NCBI GenBank assembly: GCA_965226465.1
Contig: OZ245362.1
Coordinates: 411,566-475,565, forward strand
Source of the DNA: Parvibaculaceae bacterium
GTDB lineage: Bacteria > Pseudomonadota > Alphaproteobacteria > RS24 > CBDDDD01
DNA: 64,000 nt
Direction of reading: 5' to 3'
Position numbers and translations under genes: made by a program. The notes under the pieces are model-generated. The model saw only the letters and a list, made by a program, of their open reading frames with translations. It did not search any database and was not told the origin of the DNA. Shown in pieces: positions 9,193 to 19,704 of this stretch. Positions within the stretch are counted from its first letter, which is position 1. Every line of letters begins with the position of its first letter.

Positions 9193-12100
9193 ATGCGCAA
9201 ACTATTAATGATTATCGGAATAGCCATCGGTTTTTTGCCAGCAGGGTTCGCCCATGCCCAAGGACTGCCTACCACCCAATCTGAGCTGAGCGATGAGGCT
9301 GATAGCGTTATATTTTCTCCTCTAGGAATAACGGAATGGACTGTGGGTGATGGGGAGGTTCTTGATTTTGGTGGGGGTGGGGACATGATAACATTGTCAG
9401 GTATTCAGGCTATCCTAACGATAGATGGAGGGCGCATAGATTTTGGTACAGGCAATGATAAGATAATCCTTCAGGGTGTTTATTCTTTCCTCACTCTTAA
9501 GAATGGGGGCATGATAAATTTCGGAACGGGCAATGATGAATTAACGATATCCGATACTGCCAATATTGTTGGAGATGAAGGGGGCGGCACAATTAATTTT
9601 GGTGCGGGTAATGATAAAATCTTAAATGACGGGGATTTCCAATCGGGTAGTGGAAGCTTGGTAGTAGATTTGGGTGATGGTGATGATGTTTTTATCAATA
9701 GGAATATCGTCAATAATATTTCCATAAAATTTGGGGCAGGTGATGATGTTTTTATCAATGAAGCAGAGGGTAGTGCTACGCTGGGTAGCACGCTTAGTTT
9801 TGGCGATGGCTATGACAGGCTTATTAATGAGGGTGTTATTATTTTTGAAAGCCCCTCAATCCAAAGCCAATTTGTGTTTGAACAGGGGGCTAGTGGTAGC
9901 TTTTCTCTGGTCACTGGTTTTGAAAAAGCCACTACTGCTCCCATTTTCTTTACCGATTTGGAAAGCTTATTGCTTGATGGTGTTGTCAATCTTGACTTTA
10001 CAGGAACAGCGCCCGCTGAAGTCCCCGCAGAATATAGAGTGATTGGCTTCCACCGAGAGGCGGCGGTTCATATTGCGAGCGGCTTTAGGCTCGTTATTTC
10101 TGAGACCAATCTCGGCGCTTTGGGAATTGCGAATGTGGATGTTATTCCCACCATTAGCTCAACGGGGCAGTTTATCACATTGCGTGAGGACCCGAGCATA
10201 GCACCGGCGCGCATTTATGATATAGCAGAAAAGGCAAGCCTTGATTGTGATACGGCGCTTGTCTGTAAGGGTAGCACTGAGAGTCTCAGTTCTTTCAGAA
10301 CTTACAGGCAAGGTGAAATGTTTAGCAGCGAAACGTTCACGCTTGATGCTAACGGGTTTGCGGTTGAGGGGGGTCATACTTTCTTTGCTTCTCCCGCCTC
10401 AACTTCGCCTATGATGCTCACCCTTTCAACGGCTGTGGATAGTAAGGTTCAGGTTCATGGTCTGATTTATGTCGGTGATGTAAGACCGCAGCACTCCCAC
10501 ATTGAGCAATTTTTTATTGCCTTCAGCAAGCTGGTTTTTGGTGAAAATAATAACCATGCCTTTGCCAATATTAGCGGTGGGGGCAATTTTGAGCTTACCA
10601 ATTATGGTGGCATTATCGGGTCTGGTGCTGTGCTTATTACTCTGACTGATTTGGCAAGCGCAAAGATTTATAATGAGGGATTTATTCAAGCCGATAAAGT
10701 AGCCATTGCATTTGATGATGCTACAGGGTCTGAAACCTTTGAGCTTACCAATAAGGGCAGTATTCGTGCCAGCGGGGAGGTTATTCATATAGATGGCGGG
10801 GTGGCGACCATAGATAATGAGGGAAGTATTTACAGCTCTATTCTTGCCGCCGCCGACCGCCATTCCAGCGGTGCTATCAATGCCGCTATTGCGATAGACA
10901 GCGCCGCTCTGGAAAGCGATGCGCTTGTTATTATTAACCGCAAAAATGGGAGGATTATTTATGATGTGGGGGCGACTTATAGCGGGGCAGGGGGAGCGGG
11001 GGCGGCGGTTTTTGTCAATAATCGTTCCGATGCCAATCTTTATAATGAGGGTTTTATTTTCGGCAGGAAGGGCAGAACCATTCCTTCAGCCTCGCTTACG
11101 GCTCATGGCATTATCTGGAAGGATAGCACCGGTATCCTTGCCAATAGAGGCGGGATTTATGGCAAGGATGAAACCATAAAAATTGAAGGTGCTTCCGATA
11201 TTACTCTTTATAACAAGGGAATTATTAAATCCGCCAATAAGGCGGCAATTGAGATAGGTGGGGGTGGTGATGTTACCCTTACCAATTATGGCAATGGCGA
11301 GATTAGCGGAAATAGTTATGGGATTAATGCCCTTGCTTATAGTGGCGTTTATATTACCAATCTGGGAGAGATACGGGCTGCTACCAAGGGGGGCGTGGCG
11401 CTCTCCTTTAGACAAAATGCCGCACCTGAAGGCACCAAAGGGGCTGCTCTGATTGACACTAAAACGTTCGTCTATAATTTGGGGGATATTATCGGTGCCA
11501 CAGGCATTTATCTTGCCGGTGGCGGTGTTATCCATAATCATGGCGCAAATAGCCTCATTTATGGTGCCGATAAGGCTATTCATATCACGCATGGAAGACC
11601 ACGCTATGACGGCGGGGCGCAACGAAACAAGATTACAATTTTTAACGCCGCAGGGGCGAAAATTAACAGTCCTGTCTATGGCATTTATGTTGATGCGGCG
11701 CAGAATACCGACTTTATCCTCAATAATAGGGGCGATGTTTCTGGAGATGGTATCTCAGGCTATGGGCTTTATGTTGATATTGATGAGACAAAATCTGGCG
11801 CTAGTTTTAATGGTGCCAAGCTGACCATTACTAATCATGTGAGGGGCGGCATTTATGGTAGGAGTGCGGGCGTGCGTATTGTCAATATTCTGGATAATGG
11901 CAAGGCTCAGACTGTTGATGAAAAAATTACCATTCAAAATGCAGGCGGCATATTGGGGAGGGATATCGGTATTTTAATTGATGAGCCGATTAGTTTTCTG
12001 GATATTACCAATGAGGCAAGCGGGGTCATTGTCGGCGAGAATATCGCTATTCAGATGCTGAGCGGAAGCCCGGGTGGTGCTAATTCGGCGAATTATTTAA

Positions 12101-14145
12101 TTACCAATAAGGGGCATCTTCTTTCCGATACTATAGCGTTGCACAATCCCGGGCAGGGGTATTTTCTCAATCAAGGCTTTACCCTCGGCGATATCATCTT
12201 GGCAGGCGATGGCAGTACCCTTACCAATAGACCGTATACCAATAATAATTTCAATACGGATTTATGCGGTATTGTGGGCGAGCGCAGTTATAGCTTTGTT
12301 AAGGAAGCAATAGGCAAAGTCGCCCCAGGTGTCATTGTCGGTAATATTTATTTCTATGATAAAGATGTAGGTGAAGCTAGCAGTCCCGATGCTTCGCAAC
12401 AGCTTTATAATTACGGAGTTATCTATGGCAATGTATATTTCGGTAAAGGGGATACTGATAGATATAGGCATTTCAGAAATGCGCGTGTAGAGGGAACGGT
12501 TTGGCTTGGTGACGGCGCTGATTTTTTGATAGTTGAAAGAGGCGGAACAATGTATCTTAATGCTACCCGTGCCCCCTTTATTGCGGGCGACAAGTTTATG
12601 TTTGATAGTAATGATAAAATTACCATTAACTATGGTGGCACTCTGTTCCTGAATATAAATGGTGCCGGAACAGTAATGAGAATTGATGACCTGCAAGTAG
12701 CCAGCAATGGGAAGCTCTATATCAGCAATCTTGCCTTACGGGATTTCATTATTGACGCCGAAAAGCCCTTACTGGACCTTGGGGCAGGAAGAATTGAGGC
12801 TTTTGGGGATGCTAGGATTGGCGTTGCTTTCAGATTTGACGAAGAGTTCATATTATGGGCACAGCATGGTGAGGTTGGAACCAAAATAGAATTGATTAGA
12901 TCAAGCCGTAATCACGTAGCTGCTCGTACTGTGTTTCTAAGACCTGTCATTATGAATATTGACTTTGAGTTTAGTGGCACAAAAATCTATGCAACCTATA
13001 ATGGGCTGGACTTCACCAATGCGGGTAGCCTTCCCGGTGCGCCTGAGGATGCCTCCCGCTTTGCTTTCTATCTGGAGCGTTTATTGCAAGCAGAAGAGTT
13101 GGTTGCCCTTCCTTCTGGTCAAAGCCTTCTCAGCTCCCTTATTCAGGTTACGGATTTGGATAGCTATATTGCTAGGCTGGAGGAGGCATTGGGGGCGGCG
13201 AATTATGATGCGCTTCTCAGTGATTTAAGCGAGATTAGCGGTGTCAGTGGTTTTGTGGATGATTTTACCTCTGCCAATTGTGCCGTGCGCGATAAAGCCT
13301 ATCAGAGCCTTGTGGTGCGTCATGAGGAAAGTGGTTGTAGCTGGACTTCCTTTACGGAGCAATCTCTCGGGGATAGAGATGAGCAGGCTATTACGAGCGG
13401 GAGGCAGGCGCCGCTTGGGGAGCATTGGGTCAGTATGGTAGCGGGGCAATATAAGAAAGTGGAGCTTGTTGATAGGGTGGAGGGGCATGCCCGTGATAGT
13501 GAGACTTATCTGCTTGGTGCAGGGCTTCGCTCGCGCGCACCCATCGCCAATGTCGCTGATTTATCTGTTAGCTTGACTATGGGGCGGGGGGAGCATCGTC
13601 GTAATAGGGAGTGGGCGAGTGTTCAGCAGGCTTCTGTGCCGGAGATGAACTTCCAGATGGTTCGTATTGGGGCAAGCCGTAGCTTTGCATTGCCGCTCAA
13701 AGGTAGCTGGAAAATTACTCCGTCTACGGACTATAATCTGGTGCGGGTTGATGTTAGTGATTTGCAGCATGAGGGTAGTGCAGGGGATAGGGTTTTTGCG
13801 GTAGATGATATGGAGCATAATCGTCAAAGTGTGCGTGTTGGGCTTGAGTTGCGTGGGGAGCATGAAAGTGAGAGAGGCTCCAGTATTACCGCTTTTGCCA
13901 GAATTGGTGTTGAGCATTATGTCAATGGTCGCTCGGCTGGATATACCATCCGCCTTGTCGGGGCAAGTCAGGGCTTCACCTATTATGGTCGTCCGATTGA
14001 TGAGAATGTGCTTACGACTTCCTTTGGGATTACCAAAGCGCGGGGTAAAGCGGTTAGCTTCCGTGCTTTCTATGAAGGGAAGCAGGGGATTGGTGGTATT
14101 TATGAGAATCATGAAGCTAAGCTGGAGGTTTTAAGGCGCTTTTAG
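9193..14145 (+). CDS. Autotransporter-like protein AT3 (1650 aa)
   Basis: Signal peptide ending AHA/Q, 7 FGxG(D/N)D repeats, DCDTALVCKG hinge, conserved beta domain ending VLRRF. Confidence 0.88.
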   Translation: MRKLLMIIGIAIGFLPAGFAHAQGLPTTQSELSDEADSVIFSPLGITEWTVGDGEVLDFGGGGDMITLSGIQAILTIDGGRIDFGTGNDKIILQGVYSFLTLKNGGMINFGTGNDELTISDTANIVGDEGGGTINFGAGNDKILNDGDFQSGSGSLVVDLGDGDDVFINRNIVNNISIKFGAGDDVFINEAEGSATLGSTLSFGDGYDRLINEGVIIFESPSIQSQFVFEQGASGSFSLVTGFEKATTAPIFFTDLESLLLDGVVNLDFTGTAPAEVPAEYRVIGFHREAAVHIASGFRLVISETNLGALGIANVDVIPTISSTGQFITLREDPSIAPARIYDIAEKASLDCDTALVCKGSTESLSSFRTYRQGEMFSSETFTLDANGFAVEGGHTFFASPASTSPMMLTLSTAVDSKVQVHGLIYVGDVRPQHSHIEQFFIAFSKLVFGENNNHAFANISGGGNFELTNYGGIIGSGAVLITLTDLASAKIYNEGFIQADKVAIAFDDATGSETFELTNKGSIRASGEVIHIDGGVATIDNEGSIYSSILAAADRHSSGAINAAIAIDSAALESDALVIINRKNGRIIYDVGATYSGAGGAGAAVFVNNRSDANLYNEGFIFGRKGRTIPSASLTAHGIIWKDSTGILANRGGIYGKDETIKIEGASDITLYNKGIIKSANKAAIEIGGGGDVTLTNYGNGEISGNSYGINALAYSGVYITNLGEIRAATKGGVALSFRQNAAPEGTKGAALIDTKTFVYNLGDIIGATGIYLAGGGVIHNHGANSLIYGADKAIHITHGRPRYDGGAQRNKITIFNAAGAKINSPVYGIYVDAAQNTDFILNNRGDVSGDGISGYGLYVDIDETKSGASFNGAKLTITNHVRGGIYGRSAGVRIVNILDNGKAQTVDEKITIQNAGGILGRDIGILIDEPISFLDITNEASGVIVGENIAIQMLSGSPGGANSANYLITNKGHLLSDTIALHNPGQGYFLNQGFTLGDIILAGDGSTLTNRPYTNNNFNTDLCGIVGERSYSFVKEAIGKVAPGVIVGNIYFYDKDVGEASSPDASQQLYNYGVIYGNVYFGKGDTDRYRHFRNARVEGTVWLGDGADFLIVERGGTMYLNATRAPFIAGDKFMFDSNDKITINYGGTLFLNINGAGTVMRIDDLQVASNGKLYISNLALRDFIIDAEKPLLDLGAGRIEAFGDARIGVAFRFDEEFILWAQHGEVGTKIELIRSSRNHVAARTVFLRPVIMNIDFEFSGTKIYATYNGLDFTNAGSLPGAPEDASRFAFYLERLLQAEELVALPSGQSLLSSLIQVTDLDSYIARLEEALGAANYDALLSDLSEISGVSGFVDDFTSANCAVRDKAYQSLVVRHEESGCSWTSFTEQSLGDRDEQAITSGRQAPLGEHWVSMVAGQYKKVELVDRVEGHARDSETYLLGAGLRSRAPIANVADLSVSLTMGRGEHRRNREWASVQQASVPEMNFQMVRIGASRSFALPLKGSWKITPSTDYNLVRVDVSDLQHEGSAGDRVFAVDDMEHNRQSVRVGLELRGEHESERGSSITAFARIGVEHYVNGRSAGYTIRLVGASQGFTYYGRPIDENVLTTSFGITKARGKAVSFRAFYEGKQGIGGIYENHEAKLEVLRRF

Positions 14146-14233
14146 CCTCTGAATCGTTTGGGTTTTATTAACCATTTTTAAAAAAACTATAAAAAGCTAG
14201 CTTCTTCAGTATATTAGGGGGGCTTTTTGGTGA

Positions 14234-14262
14234 TTGCTTTTTCTATGTTCGCAATTTAGAAT
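14234..14262 (+). promoter_or_regulatory. Sigma70-type promoter for AT4 (and probably AT5)
   Basis: TTGCTT (14234-14239), 17 nt, TAGAAT (14257-14262). Confidence 0.55.
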
Positions 14263-14313
14263 AAAGGGAGTAATAGTTTGCTTTCTATTAATGTTTAATA
14301 GGGTTAGGGTGAT

Positions 14314-17300
14314 ATGGTGAAGGCTAGTTTTTATAAATTGTTGAGCTTGGTTGTGATTGCCGGTTTTTTGGCGGGTTCTGCTTATGCTGCTGTGCCTAGT
14401 CAAAGTGATCTGACGGAGGATGATGATAGTTTTATACTGGGCTTGTCGGGTGCATTGGTGGAGACCTTGACGATAAGTGATTCTGAGACACTTGATTTTA
14501 AGGGGGGTGCTGACAGTTTGTCGGGTGGTAGTGGCTCCATCACGATAACGGGTGGCACGTTAAACTTTGGGGCGGGTGCTGATAGGCTTACGCTTGATGC
14601 TGGTTTTACGCTTAATCTTGAGGCGGGAAGCAGTAGGGGAGGCAAGATAGAGTTTGGGGCGGGCGATGATGTTTTTGTGAATAATTTTGTGGTTGGTGGA
14701 GCCAATGGCGAGATTGATTTTGAGGCGGGCAATGACAGGCTAGAAAACCGTGGCACTGCTCTTGGTGTTTCTGATAATACAAAGATTTTGAAAATAATAT
14801 TTGGAGCGGGGGATGATGTTTTCATCAATGCTGCCAAGTCTTATGCTTCGCTGGATTTTGGGGCGGGTAATGACAGGCTGACAAACTCAGACCTGATTGA
14901 TGTGAGCAACCCTAGCGGGAGTACGGATAAGGTTATAAAATTTGGCGAGGATGATGATGTTTTTATTAATGAGGCGGGTGGTATCGTAAGGCTTTCGGGC
15001 TTGTCCATAGAATTTGGTACGGGCAATGACAGGCTGGAAAATGCCAGCGCTAATTTTGGTACTGATGTTGCCGCCGAGCTTTTGAAAGTAGAGTTTGGGG
15101 AAGGCAATGATGTTTTTATCAATACGGGTACCTCTTATGCTTCTTTGGAGTTTGGGGAGGGTAATGACAGGCTTGTGAACTCAGGCACGATTTATATCAA
15201 TGAGGGGGGTAGTCATGGGAAGGTGCTAAGTTTTGGGGCGGGCGATGATGTGTTTATTAATGAGCTTGGTGCTCTTGTTCTGCTTGTCGGTGTGCCATTG
15301 ACATTTGGGGAGGGGCGTGACCGTTTTGATAATAGGGGTACTTTAAATCTGTTTGCGGCGATTTCTGACACTACTGCTGTTGGCTCTTCGGTGGGGATTA
15401 ACTGGGATGATTTGGAGATTTTCACCAATAGCGGCACGATTGGTATTCAGCTTAGCGGGGACGCTCCGCTGACGCCGCGTGTGAGATATAGGTTGCTGAG
15501 CCTAGATGTGGGGGCGATTGTGGATATTGATAGCATTATTACTTCCATTACCATTGGCAATGCGGATTTAACTAAGTTGCAGATTAGTGATGCACAATAT
15601 CTTCCTATTATTGATAAAGTCACCGCTACCGATGGCACGGTGAGGTTGAGGGAATATATTATTGTTCAGCAAAGGGATGCGCTTCTTGCGGCACCGGTGC
15701 GGGTTTATGATGTGGCGACAAAGGCGAGCCTTGATTGTTCTACGGCACTTGTTTGTAAGGGTGGCAATACCCCCCTTACCAGTATTGATAGCGCAACGAT
15801 TAGCCTTGATGCTAATGGGTTTGCGGTTGAGGGTGGTATGATTTATTTTGTCAAGCCCAGTGGTTATTTGCTTTCTGCAATATCGCAGGACATAACTACT
15901 AAAATTCAGATTCATGGTGTGATTTTTGTCGGTGATATAAACGTGAGCTCAACAACAGTAGGCGACCCGCCTGTGACTAGTTATAGCACGTCTTTTGGTA
16001 GCGGGACTAATCATGGTTTTATTGAGGCTGGTGGTGGTGATGGCAGTTTTGAACTTCTTAATTATGGCGTCATCATTGCTTCTGGTCGTTATGGTGCTAT
16101 CTCATTTGCTGATGCGGATAGTGTAAAAATATATAATGAGGGTTCTATTCAAACTGCCCATACGGCGATTAAGTTTTCAAATGAAACTACAGGGACTTTA
16201 GAGATTACCAATAAGGGCGGTATTCGTGCTGGCGGTGAGGCTATTTATGTAGATGGCGGGGTGGTGACGATAGATAATGAGGGAAGTATTTATAGCTCTA
16301 TTCTTAACCCTGGCTATACCCAATCTCCCAGTGCTATTAATGCGACTATTTCTGTGGATAGCCTTTTAAATCGTAGCGGGGCGCTGGTTATTATTAACCG
16401 CAAGGGCGGGAAGATTATTTATACGGTAGGTGATAGCTATAGCGGCACGGAGCAGGCGGGGGCGGCGGTTTTTGTCAATGGGCGTAGCAATGCAAGGATT
16501 TATAATGAGGGTCTTATTGTCGGCGGTGTGAAGCAGAGCGTTCCCTCCATCCTGCTTACTGCTCATGGCATTATCTGGCAGGGTAATACGGGGACGATTG
16601 CCAATAGGGGAGAGGTTCATGGGCATGATGGGGCTATAAAGATTAGTAATTCTGGCAGTTCGTTCACGCTGAGCATTCATAATGACGGGCTTATCAGGGG
16701 CTATGAGGGGTATGGGATTGAGCTGGCAGATAAGGCGGAGGTTCGGATTACCAATTATGTTGGCGGGGTGATTATTTCAGATGATAATCATGGCATTTAT
16801 GCGCTTGGATATAGGGGTGCTTATATTAATAATTTCGGGCGCATTACCAGCAAGGGTAAAGCAGGGGTGTATTTATCACAGGGGGCGAGTGCTGACCTTT
16901 CTTCCGATAAAACGGTTATTTATAATTTGGGCGAGATTTTCGGCTGGGATAGCGGTGTTTATGTTGAGGGGGGCGGCTATATATTAAATAAGGATGCGGA
17001 CGCCATTATTAACGGCTATGCGCAAGATGGTGTTCATATTGGTGTCGGAAAAACGCGCACAGATAGCGATAATGCTAAATTGCGTGATATTTTATATGTT
17101 TATAATAGTGGGCAGATTTCAGGCGGTCGCCATGGTATTCATCATGCGGCAAATACCAATACCAGCCTTTTTGTTGATAGTGTTGGTCAGATACATGGTG
17201 GTGATAGTGGTATTGTGGTTAATGCGGGGAGCAGTAGCACTGGCGGGTTTGGCAAGAGCAAGGTGGATATTATTAATAGGGAAGGGGCGGGTATTCATGG

Positions 17301-19680
17301 GTTTAAGAACGGTATTTATATCGCAAGTCTTGGTGATGGTGCTACGCCTGCTGTGGTGGATGAAAAAATTATCATTACCAATCACGGCAGTATTCTTGGT
17401 GGTCGCAGGGGTATTTTGATAGAAGAGGCGACGGCGTTTCTGGAGATTATTAATAGTCCTTTGGGGGTGATTGCCGCTAAGGGTGTCAATGGGGTTGCTA
17501 TTGATATTAATGCGGCGGGCGGCAAGGGCGGCACTTCTGGGCGCAATCAATATTTCATCAATAATCAGGGGCGTATTCTTTCCGATGGGATTGCCTATCG
17601 TGATAAGGGGGCGGGGCAGTTTCAGAATACAGGCTTTGTTTTTGGGGATATTGTCATGATTGGTGATAGGGGTAGGCTTGTGAATCAGACTGATCCCGAT
17701 AATGATTTTACAAAGGATGTTATGAATGTCAGTGTAAAGAGAGATTCTTATAATTATTCTTATGGTTATCAAGCCCTTTCGGAAAATATTGGCTCAGGGG
17801 TGATTGTCGGCAATATTTACTTTTTTGATAATAGCAATGGGCTTACAGACCCTGCGAGCGAGGGGACTGATCAGGATTTGAGTAATGGAGGCATTATCTA
17901 TGGCAATATATATTTCGGTAAAGGAAATGGTCAGTATAGACATTTTGCCGGTGGCAAGGTGCATGGCATTATTAATTTTGAGGGGAATGGTGATATGTTA
18001 GGAAATTCAGGGAGGTTGGTTATTAATCTTTCCCACAATTCCGAAATAGAGGGATATAGAGTAAAAGCTGGTGGTAACTTTAATATTTTAGCAGGGGATG
18101 GGCGCACTGGTGCGGTGACGGTTGTCAATATAGATGGTCCCATGAAGCCTAATGTTCACACGTTAAATACAGGCAGCCATGCAAATCTTTATATCGGCAA
18201 TATTAATATGAGAGATGTTCTGTTTCCCTCTGACAAGCCTTTATTGGATATGGGAGATAATAATATAAATCTGGATTTTGGAGCCTTTTTGGGGGTTGCT
18301 TTTCGTTTTGACAGGGACACGATGAATTATCTCAGAGTTCCCCCAACCGAAGCCAAACTAACTTTGCTTACAACAAATGACCCCATTGATTTTGTCTGGC
18401 TTTTCTATGGTCAAGGAGGAGGGATCAAAAAGCCTGTGATTATGGATATTGATTTTGAGGTTGTTGAGGTTTTTCCGTATATAGAGGATTTGGGGTTTAA
18501 TGCGCAGCGTATAGAAGGGGTTTATATGACCTATAAGGGGCTGGACTTTACCAATGCGGGTAACCTGCCCAATGCCCCTGAAGATGCAAGCAAGTTTGCC
18601 GATTATTTGGAGCGTTTATTTGAAGCGGAAGAGACATTTTCAATCCCTGCCAGTGCCAGCCTGTTAAGCACATTTTTCCAAGTTGATGATTTAGATGAGT
18701 ATATCGCCCTGCTGCAAGAGGCATTGGGGACGGCAAATTATGATGCGCTGCTCAGTGATTTAAGCGAGATTAGTGGGGTCAGCGGTTTTGTGGATGACTT
18801 CACCTCCGCCAATTGCGCCGTGCGCGATAAAGCCTATCAAAGCCTTGTGGTTAGCTTTGAGGAGAGCGGGTGTAGTTGGACTTCCTTTGCCCAGCGTGCG
18901 GTTGGCGATAGAGATGAGCAGGTTATTACGAGCGGGCGCCAATCGCCGCTTGGCGAGCATTGGGTCAGCATGGTAGCGGGGCAATATAAAAAAGTGGAAC
19001 TTGTGGATAGGGTGGAGGGTCATGCCCGTAATAGCGAAACCTATCTGCTCGGTGCAGGGCTTCGCTCGCTGGCTCCCATTGCCAATGTCGCTGAGGTTTC
19101 TCTCAGCCTGACTATGGGGCGGGGGGAGCACCGCCGCAATAGGGAATGGGCTTCTATCCAGCAAGCAAGCTTGCCGGAGATGAACTTCCAAATGGTGCGT
19201 ATTGGCGCAAGGCGTAGCTTTGCATTGCCGCTCAAAGGTAGCTGGAAAATTACTCCGTCTACGGACTTTACTATGGTGCGCCTTGATATTAAAGATTTAC
19301 AGCATGAGGGCAGTGCAGGGGATAGAGTTTTTGCGGTAGATGATATGGAGCATAACCGCCAAAGTGTCCGTGCCGGTATTGAGTTGCGTGGGGAGCATGA
19401 AGCCCAAAGAGGCTCCACCATTACCGCCTTTGCTAAAGTTGGCGTTGAGCATTATATCAATGGTCGCTCGGCGGGATACACCATCCGCCTTATCGGTGCC
19501 AATGAGGGCTTCACCTATTATGGTCGCCCCATTGATGAGAATGTGCTTACCACCTCGCTTGGCTTTACAGCAAAACGTGGTAAGGTGGTTACTATGCGTG
19601 TCTTTTATGAAGGAAAGCAGGGGATTGGCGGCATTTATGAAAACCATGAAGCTAAGTTGGAGTTTTTGAAACGGTTTTAA
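14314..19680 (+). CDS. Autotransporter-like protein AT4 (1788 aa)
   Basis: Signal peptide ending AYA/A, ~12 FGxG(D/N)D repeats, DCSTALVCKG hinge, beta domain ending FLKRF. Confidence 0.88.
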   Translation: MVKASFYKLLSLVVIAGFLAGSAYAAVPSQSDLTEDDDSFILGLSGALVETLTISDSETLDFKGGADSLSGGSGSITITGGTLNFGAGADRLTLDAGFTLNLEAGSSRGGKIEFGAGDDVFVNNFVVGGANGEIDFEAGNDRLENRGTALGVSDNTKILKIIFGAGDDVFINAAKSYASLDFGAGNDRLTNSDLIDVSNPSGSTDKVIKFGEDDDVFINEAGGIVRLSGLSIEFGTGNDRLENASANFGTDVAAELLKVEFGEGNDVFINTGTSYASLEFGEGNDRLVNSGTIYINEGGSHGKVLSFGAGDDVFINELGALVLLVGVPLTFGEGRDRFDNRGTLNLFAAISDTTAVGSSVGINWDDLEIFTNSGTIGIQLSGDAPLTPRVRYRLLSLDVGAIVDIDSIITSITIGNADLTKLQISDAQYLPIIDKVTATDGTVRLREYIIVQQRDALLAAPVRVYDVATKASLDCSTALVCKGGNTPLTSIDSATISLDANGFAVEGGMIYFVKPSGYLLSAISQDITTKIQIHGVIFVGDINVSSTTVGDPPVTSYSTSFGSGTNHGFIEAGGGDGSFELLNYGVIIASGRYGAISFADADSVKIYNEGSIQTAHTAIKFSNETTGTLEITNKGGIRAGGEAIYVDGGVVTIDNEGSIYSSILNPGYTQSPSAINATISVDSLLNRSGALVIINRKGGKIIYTVGDSYSGTEQAGAAVFVNGRSNARIYNEGLIVGGVKQSVPSILLTAHGIIWQGNTGTIANRGEVHGHDGAIKISNSGSSFTLSIHNDGLIRGYEGYGIELADKAEVRITNYVGGVIISDDNHGIYALGYRGAYINNFGRITSKGKAGVYLSQGASADLSSDKTVIYNLGEIFGWDSGVYVEGGGYILNKDADAIINGYAQDGVHIGVGKTRTDSDNAKLRDILYVYNSGQISGGRHGIHHAANTNTSLFVDSVGQIHGGDSGIVVNAGSSSTGGFGKSKVDIINREGAGIHGFKNGIYIASLGDGATPAVVDEKIIITNHGSILGGRRGILIEEATAFLEIINSPLGVIAAKGVNGVAIDINAAGGKGGTSGRNQYFINNQGRILSDGIAYRDKGAGQFQNTGFVFGDIVMIGDRGRLVNQTDPDNDFTKDVMNVSVKRDSYNYSYGYQALSENIGSGVIVGNIYFFDNSNGLTDPASEGTDQDLSNGGIIYGNIYFGKGNGQYRHFAGGKVHGIINFEGNGDMLGNSGRLVINLSHNSEIEGYRVKAGGNFNILAGDGRTGAVTVVNIDGPMKPNVHTLNTGSHANLYIGNINMRDVLFPSDKPLLDMGDNNINLDFGAFLGVAFRFDRDTMNYLRVPPTEAKLTLLTTNDPIDFVWLFYGQGGGIKKPVIMDIDFEVVEVFPYIEDLGFNAQRIEGVYMTYKGLDFTNAGNLPNAPEDASKFADYLERLFEAEETFSIPASASLLSTFFQVDDLDEYIALLQEALGTANYDALLSDLSEISGVSGFVDDFTSANCAVRDKAYQSLVVSFEESGCSWTSFAQRAVGDRDEQVITSGRQSPLGEHWVSMVAGQYKKVELVDRVEGHARNSETYLLGAGLRSLAPIANVAEVSLSLTMGRGEHRRNREWASIQQASLPEMNFQMVRIGARRSFALPLKGSWKITPSTDFTMVRLDIKDLQHEGSAGDRVFAVDDMEHNRQSVRAGIELRGEHEAQRGSTITAFAKVGVEHYINGRSAGYTIRLIGANEGFTYYGRPIDENVLTTSLGFTAKRGKVVTMRVFYEGKQGIGGIYENHEAKLEFLKRF

Positions 19681-19704
19681 TCAATAAAGGGAGGGAATTA
19701 TATA

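Noticed and set aside
14217-14228. G6/T5 homopolymers upstream of the AT4 promoter as a phase-variation tract
   Set aside because: Too short, outside the -35/-10 spacer, and not shared by the other spacers.
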